From contig CAWFPJ010000002.1 of assembly GCA_963817515.1 (NCBI GenBank), positions 39,454 through 103,453 of the forward strand: 64,000 nucleotides of DNA, written 5' to 3'. Of the stretch, positions 21,109 to 29,262 are shown piece by piece. This DNA comes from Bryobacterales bacterium. Lineage in GTDB: Bacteria > Acidobacteriota > Terriglobia > Bryobacterales > Bryobacteraceae. Under the pieces are notes generated by a model, which was not told the DNA's origin, did not search any database, and saw nothing but the letters and a program-made list of their open reading frames with translations. A program made the translations under genes and the position numbers. Each line of letters opens with the position of its first letter. Within the stretch, counting starts at the first letter, position 1.

Positions 21109-21147
21109 ACGCTCCCTCACGGTCGCGGCTCGGATCAGAGCCGCACG
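21109..21147. repeat. REP-like intergenic repeat, copy A
   Basis: ACGCTCCCTCACGGTCGCGGCTCGGATCAGAGCCGCACG. The core CGCTCCCTCACGGTCGCGGCTCGG recurs at 50834-, 56620- and, inverted, at 56711-56734. It contains the GCGGCTC/GAGCCGC hairpin. It lies between convergent genes. Confidence 0.75.
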
Positions 21148-21152
21148 GGTGG

Positions 21153-22691
21153 CTAGCGGATCACGTACAAATCCAGATCCGAAGCCAGGTCTCCGTGTTC
21201 CTGAATCCCTACCGTCTTCGCCGCGGCCGCATCCATGGCTGCGGCATCCGGCATCAGGTACTCAAAGGTGGCGAGGATTCGGTAACTTCCGGGCGCCAGG
21301 CCCTCGAAACGATACAGGCCGTGCGCATCGGTTCGCGTGACCCGCAGATCCGTGAGCCGCTTGCGCCCGTCCGGGTCGTATCCTTCCAGGTAGACCGGCG
21401 CGCCAAGCACCGGTTCCGCGGAATCTTTAACAGTCCCATGGACCGCCGCCGGGCCGGACGACAGCACGAACCTGACACGATCGAAGCCGCCCCGGATGAT
21501 GGTTTCGTTCCAGCCGTCCGCGCGCACATCCGGACGGCGGGCGTAGAACGGGCCGGAAAATCCGGCGACATAGTACCCTGGCGGCGGCGCTAACAGGAAC
21601 TGCCAGCGGCCTGGAGCCAGCGGGATTCGGTTGTTGACCAGCTTCAGACTGGCTGCGGGGCCTTCGCCTGCCAGATCTTTGCGGCGCGCCATCACCTGCA
21701 TGGACCCCGATGAGAGCGCTTGCGGCGGCGCGCCCTGGAAATCGAACTGCGTGTCGCGCAGGTTCTGCAGAGGCGTGACAAGCCTCTGGTCCCGTGCCAA
21801 CTCCACAGGTACGTAGGCTGCCTGCAGCAGAGCGCCTGAGGCCGGGTCGAAGCCCTGCCCGAACAATTCGTACCCGCCCGGCGTCAGGGAATTGAATTGA
21901 AAACCGCCGCCTTGCGTGGTGTCGCGGCCCATCTCCGAGATCAGAGTCGCGGTGATTCTGATGTTCGGTTCGAGGTCCGACGTGAACGCGCCCGAGAGAC
22001 TCAATAGCTTTCCCGGCAAGGGGCGGACATCGGCGTTCGCGACCTGCCGGTCCAGATCCACGTCCAAAATTCGCGCGTCCTCCACGCTCGCGGCGGCCGG
22101 AGAATAAGTCGGCAAATAGCCGCCCTCTTCGTAGAGCTTGGCCACGGTGCGGACCACATAGGCGCCGGGCTCAAGACCGTAGATACGGTACAAACCGCGC
22201 TCATCGGTGCGGGCGCGTTGGGTAGCCTGCGGCGGCCGGGTGTTACGGTACGCCACCACATCGTGGTCGGGGAGCCCCACCTCGTTATCGTCGAGCACTG
22301 CGCCGGTGATGGCTCCGTATCGCGGCAGGCGGACGTTGAGGAATGCGGATGCGGCCTCATCCAGAGTTACCGGAGTACCCGCGGAATTCCACCGCTTCTG
22401 CCCATACTCCACCGGCAGAAAATATGGCTTCGAAATCTTGACGACATATACGCCGCCGGGAAGCGAACCGAACTCAAAGATGCCGTAGCGATTGGTGAGC
22501 GCCCGCCGCGGAGATCCAGGGGTTCCGGCGACGGGCTGCACCACCACCAGCGCTCGCGAAAGCGCCTTGCTGGTCTGGTGCTCCACCACGTTGCCGCGAA
22601 TCACGGCGGCATCCAGCGTGGTTTGCAACGTACCCAAGGCCAAGGCGAGCATCAACATCAGCAGCAGCCATTTCGCCATAGCCGGCTTCAT
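21153..22691 (-). CDS. Secreted carboxypeptidase-regulatory-like domain protein (paralog 1)
   Basis: Signal peptide WLLLMLMLALALGTL. Repeated CarboxypepD_reg text (IRGNVVEHQTSKALSRALVVV..., VHGTVKDSAEPVLGAPVYLE...HGLYRFEGLAPGSYRI). Ends ...DLDLYVIR. Confidence 0.7.
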   Translation of the reverse strand: MKPAMAKWLLLMLMLALALGTLQTTLDAAVIRGNVVEHQTSKALSRALVVVQPVAGTPGSPRRALTNRYGIFEFGSLPGGVYVVKISKPYFLPVEYGQKRWNSAGTPVTLDEAASAFLNVRLPRYGAITGAVLDDNEVGLPDHDVVAYRNTRPPQATQRARTDERGLYRIYGLEPGAYVVRTVAKLYEEGGYLPTYSPAAASVEDARILDVDLDRQVANADVRPLPGKLLSLSGAFTSDLEPNIRITATLISEMGRDTTQGGGFQFNSLTPGGYELFGQGFDPASGALLQAAYVPVELARDQRLVTPLQNLRDTQFDFQGAPPQALSSGSMQVMARRKDLAGEGPAASLKLVNNRIPLAPGRWQFLLAPPPGYYVAGFSGPFYARRPDVRADGWNETIIRGGFDRVRFVLSSGPAAVHGTVKDSAEPVLGAPVYLEGYDPDGRKRLTDLRVTRTDAHGLYRFEGLAPGSYRILATFEYLMPDAAAMDAAAAKTVGIQEHGDLASDLDLYVIR

Positions 22692-24232
22692 CGGATAACG
22701 TACAGCTCCAGATCGAGGGGCGTGTCGTGGCTTTCTTCGATCTTCACCGTGCGGGGGCCGGCCGACTCCATAGTTGCCGAATCCGGCGCCTGAAATTCGA
22801 ACGTGCTGAGGATGCGGTAATTGCCGGGAGCCACGCCGTAGAACTGGTACTGGCCGTGAATGTCGGTGCGCGCTTCCCTGACGTCGATCAGGCGCTTGCG
22901 CGCGTCCACGTCGTACGCTTCCAGGTACACCGGCGCGCCCGGCACGGCGTCATGGCCGGCAATGGCTACCGTGCCGTGAAGCTGGCCGGGAGTGGACAAA
23001 CGGAAGGTCACCAGATTGGTGCCAACCTGCGTCGAGGGCAGCAGCACTTCGTTCCAGCCATCGGCACGGCTGCGGTCCACGCCGTCCGGCCTGCCGTCTA
23101 CTCCAGGGCCTCTGAACGTTTCGGCGTAATATTTCGGCGTGGGAGCCACCGCCATGTCCCATCGGCCGGGAGCGAGTTGCGTGGCGCCCTTCGAAAGCCG
23201 CAGGGTTTCGGTCTTGCCCTCACCCGAAAGATCCTTACGGCGCGCCAATACCTGCACCGTGCTGGGGTCGATCGGCTGGCCTTGGGTGTCCTGAAATGAG
23301 AACTGCAGCGGCGGATAGGTGCGCAGGCCGATCCGGATGTCGGTGCGGTCGCGCTCGAGTTCCAGCGGCATGTAAGCGCCTAGCGGTCCGCGGCGATCGC
23401 CCGGCGCGGTTGCGTATAACTCATAGCGGCCGGGGGCCGTGGGAGCGAATTTGAAGTTGCCGTCCTGGTCGCTCGAGAAAGTCTCCGACCCGGTATCGGA
23501 AATCAAGGTCAGAAGCGCCGGCTGCGGTGGCGACAAGGGAACCAGGGCCTGTCCGGCCACGATGAATAACTGGCCCGGGTGCGGGCGAACATTCACGTTG
23601 CTGGTCTCACGGTCGATCTCCACTTCCACCTGATACGCCTGGTCCACGGCGGCCACCTCCTTATAAAACGTAGGGAGATAACCGCCCTCTTCATATTCCT
23701 TGCCCACGGTGCGGACCAGATAGCGGCCGGGCTCCAGACCGGCAATGCGATACATGCCGCGATCGTCGGTCTTCACGCGTGTGACCAGTTGCGGCGGACG
23801 GGTGTTGCGATAGATCACGACGTCGTGCTCCGGCAGGCCCACGTCATTTTCATCCAGGATGACGCCGGTAACGGAGCCGAACCGCGGCATGCGGATGTTG
23901 AGAGACGTGGATTGCGCCTCTTCGAGTACTACGGGAATACCCGGAGCTTTCCAACGCTTTTGTCCATAGAGGGCCGGCGCGAAGCTGCGCCTTGACACGC
24001 TGACCAGATAGGCGCCCGCGGGGATTGTGGGCGTCTCAAAAGCGCCGTAGGAATTGGTACGGACGGAAATTGTCGGGCCGGGCGTGCCTTGCACCGGCGT
24101 TACCACCACAAGGGCGCGCGCCAGCACTTTTCCGCTCTGATGCTCCACCACGGTTCCGCGGATGTTGGCGGCCTGGAGAATACCGGCTGTAAGAGCCAAC
24201 AGCAGACATTCCGGCATTAGATATGGGCGCAT
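22688..24232 (-). CDS. Secreted carboxypeptidase-regulatory-like domain protein (paralog 2)
   Basis: Collinear with paralog 1 (IRGTVVEHQSGKVLARALVVV..., LHGTVAIAGHDAVPGAPVYLE...HGQYQFYGVAPGNYRI, ends DLELYVIR). I place the start at ATG 24232 (MRPYLMPECLLLALTAG), not at ORF-track 24541. Its stop overlaps the paralog 1 start (ATGA). Confidence 0.7.
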   Translation of the reverse strand: MRPYLMPECLLLALTAGILQAANIRGTVVEHQSGKVLARALVVVTPVQGTPGPTISVRTNSYGAFETPTIPAGAYLVSVSRRSFAPALYGQKRWKAPGIPVVLEEAQSTSLNIRMPRFGSVTGVILDENDVGLPEHDVVIYRNTRPPQLVTRVKTDDRGMYRIAGLEPGRYLVRTVGKEYEEGGYLPTFYKEVAAVDQAYQVEVEIDRETSNVNVRPHPGQLFIVAGQALVPLSPPQPALLTLISDTGSETFSSDQDGNFKFAPTAPGRYELYATAPGDRRGPLGAYMPLELERDRTDIRIGLRTYPPLQFSFQDTQGQPIDPSTVQVLARRKDLSGEGKTETLRLSKGATQLAPGRWDMAVAPTPKYYAETFRGPGVDGRPDGVDRSRADGWNEVLLPSTQVGTNLVTFRLSTPGQLHGTVAIAGHDAVPGAPVYLEAYDVDARKRLIDVREARTDIHGQYQFYGVAPGNYRILSTFEFQAPDSATMESAGPRTVKIEESHDTPLDLELYVIR

Positions 24233-24350
24233 AAGTTCTGACCGTATGACGGCTTGGGAGGCTGGAGAGTGCAGGGAAATGTTAGACCGTACGTGACCGA
24301 AAGATGTAGCATTGAATCCGTGGTGTTCGGTATATACTAACCAAAATCGA

Positions 24351-26303
24351 ATGATCAAGCCGGTGGCTCTCATCAGTATGCCGACTCTTTCGGCGCGCTT
24401 TCCTTCGTTCCAACTGGCACTGCTGAAACCAACTCTGGAGAAGGCCGGCATCCCCGCCCAGACGTTCTCTATGTTTATGTATTTTGGGCAACAGATCGGT
24501 TGGAGAATCAACGAAGCCATTGCCGACGTCTGGCCCAGCATGGTGGGTGAATGGATCTGGACAAAGGCCGCTTTCGGAGACCAGATACGGCAGGATGACG
24601 ACGCCTATTTCGGGGCTTACGACTATATTTTCAAAGCGATTTGCCGCGCCGCCGGCTGTAGCACCAAACGCTTTCAAAAGATCCGCGACCAGGAAGCTCA
24701 GAAGTTTATAGACTTCTGCCTGGAGGCCATAGACTGGCGGCGCTTCGGAGTAATTGGCTTTTCCGTGGTCTTCCAGCAAACGCTGGCCAGCCTGGCGCTG
24801 GCTAAAGCTCTGAAGAAGCGATACCCGGAGATTCCCATCATTTTCGGAGGAGCGAGTCTGGAAGACGATATCGCCGACGAGATCATGCGGGAGTGTCCTC
24901 AGGTGGATTACCTGCACTGCGGCGACGCCGAAATCTCATTTCCCGAAATGGTGCAGCGGCTGTATCGCGGCCAATCCATGGAGGGCTTGCGCGGCCTGAT
25001 GTGGCGCAACGGGGACAAAGTGGAGTATGCCGGCCGGGCGCCCAATTTCATGGCCATGGATGAGACTCCGCTGCCGGATTTCGACGAGTACTTCTACGCC
25101 CGCAAGGAAGGCGGCTACGAGGATTACGACGAGGCCTGCGAACCGCTGCTTCCGATCGAGACGGCGCGGGGCTGCTGGTGGGGCGAAAAACACCACTGCA
25201 CCTTTTGTGGTTTGAACCGCTCAGGCATGGAGTTTCGCGCCAAGGAGCCGGAGCGCGTCCTCGAGCAACTGGAAGATCTGGCGCGAAAATACGGGGTTCT
25301 GCACTTCAATGCCATCGACAATATTATGGCGCCGGAATACACGGAGAAGCTCTTCCGCCGCCTGGCTGAGGCCAATAGCGACCTGCAGCTCCATTATGAG
25401 ATCCGGCCCAATTTTTCGCGAACCCAACTCGGCCGGATGCGGAAGGGGGGCCTGTATTCGGTTCAACCGGGCGTGGAGAGCCTCTCTACCAACATTCTGA
25501 AAAGCATGCGCAAGAATACCACCGGCATGCGCAATGTCGAGTTGATCAAGTGGTGCACGTACTACGGGATCAATAATATGTACAACATCCTGATGCGCTT
25601 TCCGGGCGAGACCGAGGAAGACTACAGGGTACAGGCAGCGCTGGTCCCCAAGCTGCTCCATTTGCAGCCGCCCTACGGAATCGTCAAGGCGCGGGCTGAC
25701 CGTGGCTCCCCCATGTTTACCGAACCGGAAACGCAATCCATCACGCGCCTCAAACCGGCCGCCTGTTACGACCACATTTTTCCCAAGGGCTTCAATCTGG
25801 AGCGGGTGTCTTACTATTTCGACCACGAGATGGACAACATTGTGGACGAAGAATGCTACGGAGATCTGCTGGACCATGTGGCCCGGTGGCAGGCTAGTTG
25901 GACCGACGCCGGCCACCCGACGCTGCGCTACCGGAAGGCGCTCAAGAGCATCGTCATCGAAGATAGACGGCGCCGGAAACCTAAGACATATTCGTACGTG
26001 GACGGCCCGGCCGCTCTTTATGAATACTGCGCCGATGCGCGAACGCCGCGCGATATATCCGCCAACATAGGATCCGGGCCGGGTTCCGAAACCTGGATAC
26101 AGGAGGCGCTGGATGAATTCGTAAGCAGAGATCTGATGCTCTTTCTGGATGGCCGATATCTCAGCCTGGCGCTGCCCGAGAATCCGGATTTCGAACTGGT
26201 GACGCCGCCGCGTGCGCTCTCTGAAAGCGGCGCCGGCGCGCAAAGCAACTCGGCTGCGGGTTTGGTTTCACTGGCCGGATTGACAGGAGGACATTCCCAT
26301 TAA
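24351..26303 (+). CDS. B12-binding-domain-type radical SAM enzyme, RiPP-maturase-like (candidate TIGR03975-type C-methyltransferase family)
   Basis: ATG 24351 (MIKPVALISMPTLSARFPSFQLALLKP) is preferred over TTG 24312. Cluster motif ETARGCWWGEKHHCTFCGLN with Cys codons at 25173, 25197 and 25206. The N-terminal region is flavodoxin/B12-like, and there is a C-terminal extension of about 250 aa. The family assignment is from memory of the GCWWG..HC.FCGLN signature and needs an HMM search. Confidence 0.75.
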   Translation: MIKPVALISMPTLSARFPSFQLALLKPTLEKAGIPAQTFSMFMYFGQQIGWRINEAIADVWPSMVGEWIWTKAAFGDQIRQDDDAYFGAYDYIFKAICRAAGCSTKRFQKIRDQEAQKFIDFCLEAIDWRRFGVIGFSVVFQQTLASLALAKALKKRYPEIPIIFGGASLEDDIADEIMRECPQVDYLHCGDAEISFPEMVQRLYRGQSMEGLRGLMWRNGDKVEYAGRAPNFMAMDETPLPDFDEYFYARKEGGYEDYDEACEPLLPIETARGCWWGEKHHCTFCGLNRSGMEFRAKEPERVLEQLEDLARKYGVLHFNAIDNIMAPEYTEKLFRRLAEANSDLQLHYEIRPNFSRTQLGRMRKGGLYSVQPGVESLSTNILKSMRKNTTGMRNVELIKWCTYYGINNMYNILMRFPGETEEDYRVQAALVPKLLHLQPPYGIVKARADRGSPMFTEPETQSITRLKPAACYDHIFPKGFNLERVSYYFDHEMDNIVDEECYGDLLDHVARWQASWTDAGHPTLRYRKALKSIVIEDRRRRKPKTYSYVDGPAALYEYCADARTPRDISANIGSGPGSETWIQEALDEFVSRDLMLFLDGRYLSLALPENPDFELVTPPRALSESGAGAQSNSAAGLVSLAGLTGGHSH

Positions 26304-26352
26304 CCACCTGGCATCTCCCCGCATTGCAACCCCGCGCGAGGAGTTGCTGGAC

Positions 26353-29262
26353 ATGCTGCTGCAGCGTGGAATTTTGCGCCGCAACGAAGCTCAGCCGGTG
26401 CTTTCACGCGATGGCAAACCGGCCCGCTGGATGCTGGATTCGCTGGCCGTCACGATGACCAGCAGGGGAGCGGAACTGGCCGGACAGCTTGTGCTGGAGC
26501 GTCTGCGGAATTTCGATGGCCGGCAAATCGCGACCTACGGGCTGACCGCGGTTCCCATCCTGCAATCGGCAATCGTGCAATCGGCAGTTCTGCAGCCGGA
26601 ACGCCCGTATCACGGTCTGCTGGTGCGCAAAGAGCGCAAAGCGTACGGTTCGCAGAAACTGATTGAAGGCTGCATCGATCCGGACGAGCCCACTATACTG
26701 ATCGACGATTCCGTCGCCTCCGGCGTGAGCATGAGTGAGGGCATCGAGAAACTGGAGGCGGCCGGTATTCGCGTTGAGGGATGCGTGGCTCTGGTGCGGT
26801 TCGGTTGGGAAGGCGGATTTTCGATGCTTGCCCAGCGCGGCCTTCACGTGGAGGCGGTCTACGACATCTTTGAAGACTTCATGGCGCGAATGGAGGGCGA
26901 GCCTGGGCCAGACTATAACCCGACAAAGTGCTTTCCGGAATTTCGCTGGAGCACGCGGCGCGCGCCCGAGGGGCTGCATCCGGCACGTCTTGCCAGAGAG
27001 GTGATGCAGGAGTATTTCGCCAGCGGCGAGTTGCTGAGGCCACCGGACCGCCTGGATCGCGATGACTACGATTCCAGGGGAGGGGCCTGGGTGAGCCTGC
27101 GGTCACGGGACGATATGTTCGAGCGTTACGCGCGCGACGGCTTCTGGCATTTTCCCCAGGAGGGATCCTGGGGAGCGGCCGAGGATATCGTCCGCGCGGC
27201 GTTCCGCACTGCCCTCGAAATGTCCGCGGGCGGCAAGGGCATCAGTCTGCTGGGAGACAGCCATGCCGCTGTGACGTTGTTTTCGAGGCTCGAACGCGCG
27301 GCCATCGGGGAACTGGACAACCAACGCTACGGCATAATCGTAGCCAGTGCGGAGCGGCCGGAAATCATGGGCGGCGCTCTGCCCGGTATGCCGGGAATCC
27401 GTGACGAATGGCAACAGTTCCGCCACGCCCGGTATAACAATGCCGCGCTGTACCCTCACGAACCTTACACGGTCTACCGCCATGAAGTTCGAAAGTTCAT
27501 CGAACCGGGAGCGCCGTGGCCGCCGGGAGGAGTGGGGGACTCGAAGACGCCGGGCGATTTCGGCGCCTGGGCCGTGCGCGCCCGTGAAGTCGTCACCCGT
27601 GAAATAAGCCGGGGCTGCGAACCCTTCACACCGCTGGCGGCGGTCCACCTTCCGGAGAACGCCAGACTCATGTTCGTGACGCTCTATATCGACGGGCGGG
27701 TGCGCGGCTGCATGGGCTCGGAAATCGGCGATGCCGAAGAGGATCTCCGTGAACTGGCGCAGTCGGCCCTTACCGACGAGCGGTTCGAAGCCGCGCCGAT
27801 CGAGGAAGATTCTACCGTGGCGGTGAGCGTCTCGGTGCTCTACAACGAATTGGTTATGGGAGATTTCTCGCGTGAGGAGGTCCGCTTCCGCTATCGGCAT
27901 GGACAGCAGGCGTTGATGCTCGACCAGAAGGGCCGCGAGGGACTGCTGCTGCCATGCGTGGCAACGTGGCTCAGCCTTGACGCCGAGGATTTCGTCGATG
28001 AAGTGATTGACAAGGCGGGCGTCACGCGTCCGCCGTATAACTGGCGGCGCTTTGATTGCGATACCTGGCTGGCGGACGAAGACGGGGTTGCGCGGCTCGA
28101 TGGCGCTTTCAAGGTTGCTGCTTATCATCACACGGCCGATCTTTATAGGGCCGATCTTTCCCTCGCCAAAATCGCTCGCCTGCACGCGGACTATTTGCTG
28201 CGCAACCAGCGCCCGGATGGATCGCTCTACTTCGGCCACTACGCATTTGAGAACACACTCTACCAGGGCATTGACGCGGCTCACCTGGCGCACGCAGGCT
28301 GGATTCTGGCGCGGGCAGGTTTGGCCGACGCCTCAAACGCGGCTCTGGAACGAGCGGCAAATCTATCCGGGGACGAGCCGCTCAGGCTTTCGCGCGACGC
28401 GTTTTTCCTGCTCGCGAAGTGCGAACCGGCCCTGGCCGAGGGTGACCTGCCGGCGGCTGCGGAAATCGCGGCCAGACTGTGGACGTCAATAGACCGTCAT
28501 GGTCGCGTGACCACCTGGAGTCCGCCTGCGGCCGTGGAATCTGATGATGAGGATTCCGCCGATGCCCCCGAGGCTGACACCGGCGTGAGCGAGACCATTG
28601 ACGCTGAGGACCTTCAGAACTATGCTCCTGGCCATGTCCTGCTGGCCCTTGCCGCGGCCGCACGCGCAGGCAATTTTCCCTGCGACGAGCGGAAACTCAA
28701 CCGCGCGTTTCTGTATTACCGGCATCGTTTCCGCTACAAACGGGATTTCGGACAGGTTTCCTGGATGGCGCTGGCCTGGAGCGCCTGGTGGCGGCTGCGG
28801 AATGAACCGGAGTTTGCAGATTTCGTTTTCGAGATCGCCGACTGGATTCTGCAATTTCAGCACACCGGCACCGGAGCTTTTCTTACCGATCACCAACCGG
28901 ATACTCCCGGGTACACTACCGCGGTTTATCTGGAAGGCATCGCTGCCGCGGCGGTGACGGCACTCGCGCGCGGCGACACCACGCGGTACCAGCGATATTC
29001 GGACGCACATCGCCGCGGCTTCGCATTTCTTGACCGGTTGATCATTCAGGATCGCGATAGCTCTGTGCTTCCCAATCCCGGATACGCTCTAGGCGGTCTT
29101 CGCGAAAACCTATACAGCAGTCACATCCGAATCGATTTCGTGGCCCACTCGCTGGCCGCGATTCTCGAACTTTATCCCCAAGCTCTAATTCCAGTAGCAA
29201 ATACAAGAGGAGAATCAGAATGGCAGGCAAGAAGAAACCAAAGAAGCCAGGACCAATTATAG
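26353..29262 (+). CDS. Multidomain fusion protein: type I phosphoribosyltransferase domain + AMMECR1 domain + C-terminal helical-repeat (alpha/alpha-toroid-like) domain
   Basis: GAGGAG (26338-26343) lies 9 nt before ATG 26353; the ORF track starts at TTG 26344. OPRT-like N-terminus with the PRPP loop TILIDDSVASGVSM (about 26692-26735). AMMECR1 signature MFVTLYIDGRVRGCMGS ... GQQALMLDQKGREGLLLPCVA (about 27670-27960). The C-terminal 350 aa or so carry W/Y-rich helical repeats (LLRNQRPDGSLYFGHY, VSWMALAWSAWWRL, AVYLEGIAAAAV). Confidence 0.7.
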   Translation: MLLQRGILRRNEAQPVLSRDGKPARWMLDSLAVTMTSRGAELAGQLVLERLRNFDGRQIATYGLTAVPILQSAIVQSAVLQPERPYHGLLVRKERKAYGSQKLIEGCIDPDEPTILIDDSVASGVSMSEGIEKLEAAGIRVEGCVALVRFGWEGGFSMLAQRGLHVEAVYDIFEDFMARMEGEPGPDYNPTKCFPEFRWSTRRAPEGLHPARLAREVMQEYFASGELLRPPDRLDRDDYDSRGGAWVSLRSRDDMFERYARDGFWHFPQEGSWGAAEDIVRAAFRTALEMSAGGKGISLLGDSHAAVTLFSRLERAAIGELDNQRYGIIVASAERPEIMGGALPGMPGIRDEWQQFRHARYNNAALYPHEPYTVYRHEVRKFIEPGAPWPPGGVGDSKTPGDFGAWAVRAREVVTREISRGCEPFTPLAAVHLPENARLMFVTLYIDGRVRGCMGSEIGDAEEDLRELAQSALTDERFEAAPIEEDSTVAVSVSVLYNELVMGDFSREEVRFRYRHGQQALMLDQKGREGLLLPCVATWLSLDAEDFVDEVIDKAGVTRPPYNWRRFDCDTWLADEDGVARLDGAFKVAAYHHTADLYRADLSLAKIARLHADYLLRNQRPDGSLYFGHYAFENTLYQGIDAAHLAHAGWILARAGLADASNAALERAANLSGDEPLRLSRDAFFLLAKCEPALAEGDLPAAAEIAARLWTSIDRHGRVTTWSPPAAVESDDEDSADAPEADTGVSETIDAEDLQNYAPGHVLLALAAAARAGNFPCDERKLNRAFLYYRHRFRYKRDFGQVSWMALAWSAWWRLRNEPEFADFVFEIADWILQFQHTGTGAFLTDHQPDTPGYTTAVYLEGIAAAAVTALARGDTTRYQRYSDAHRRGFAFLDRLIIQDRDSSVLPNPGYALGGLRENLYSSHIRIDFVAHSLAAILELYPQALIPVANTRGESEWQARRNQRSQDQL

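Noticed and set aside
22688-24541. Long 5' extensions in the ORF track: 22688-24541, 30191-31486, 50872-52140, 57600-59180, 46990-49791 and 54307-55482
   Set aside because: The upstream parts have no protein-like text and overlap neighbouring genes or intergenic DNA. Internal ATG codons are followed immediately by signal peptides or conserved N-termini (24232, 30790, 51840, 58895, 47122, 54484). Open frames run long by chance in GC-rich DNA.
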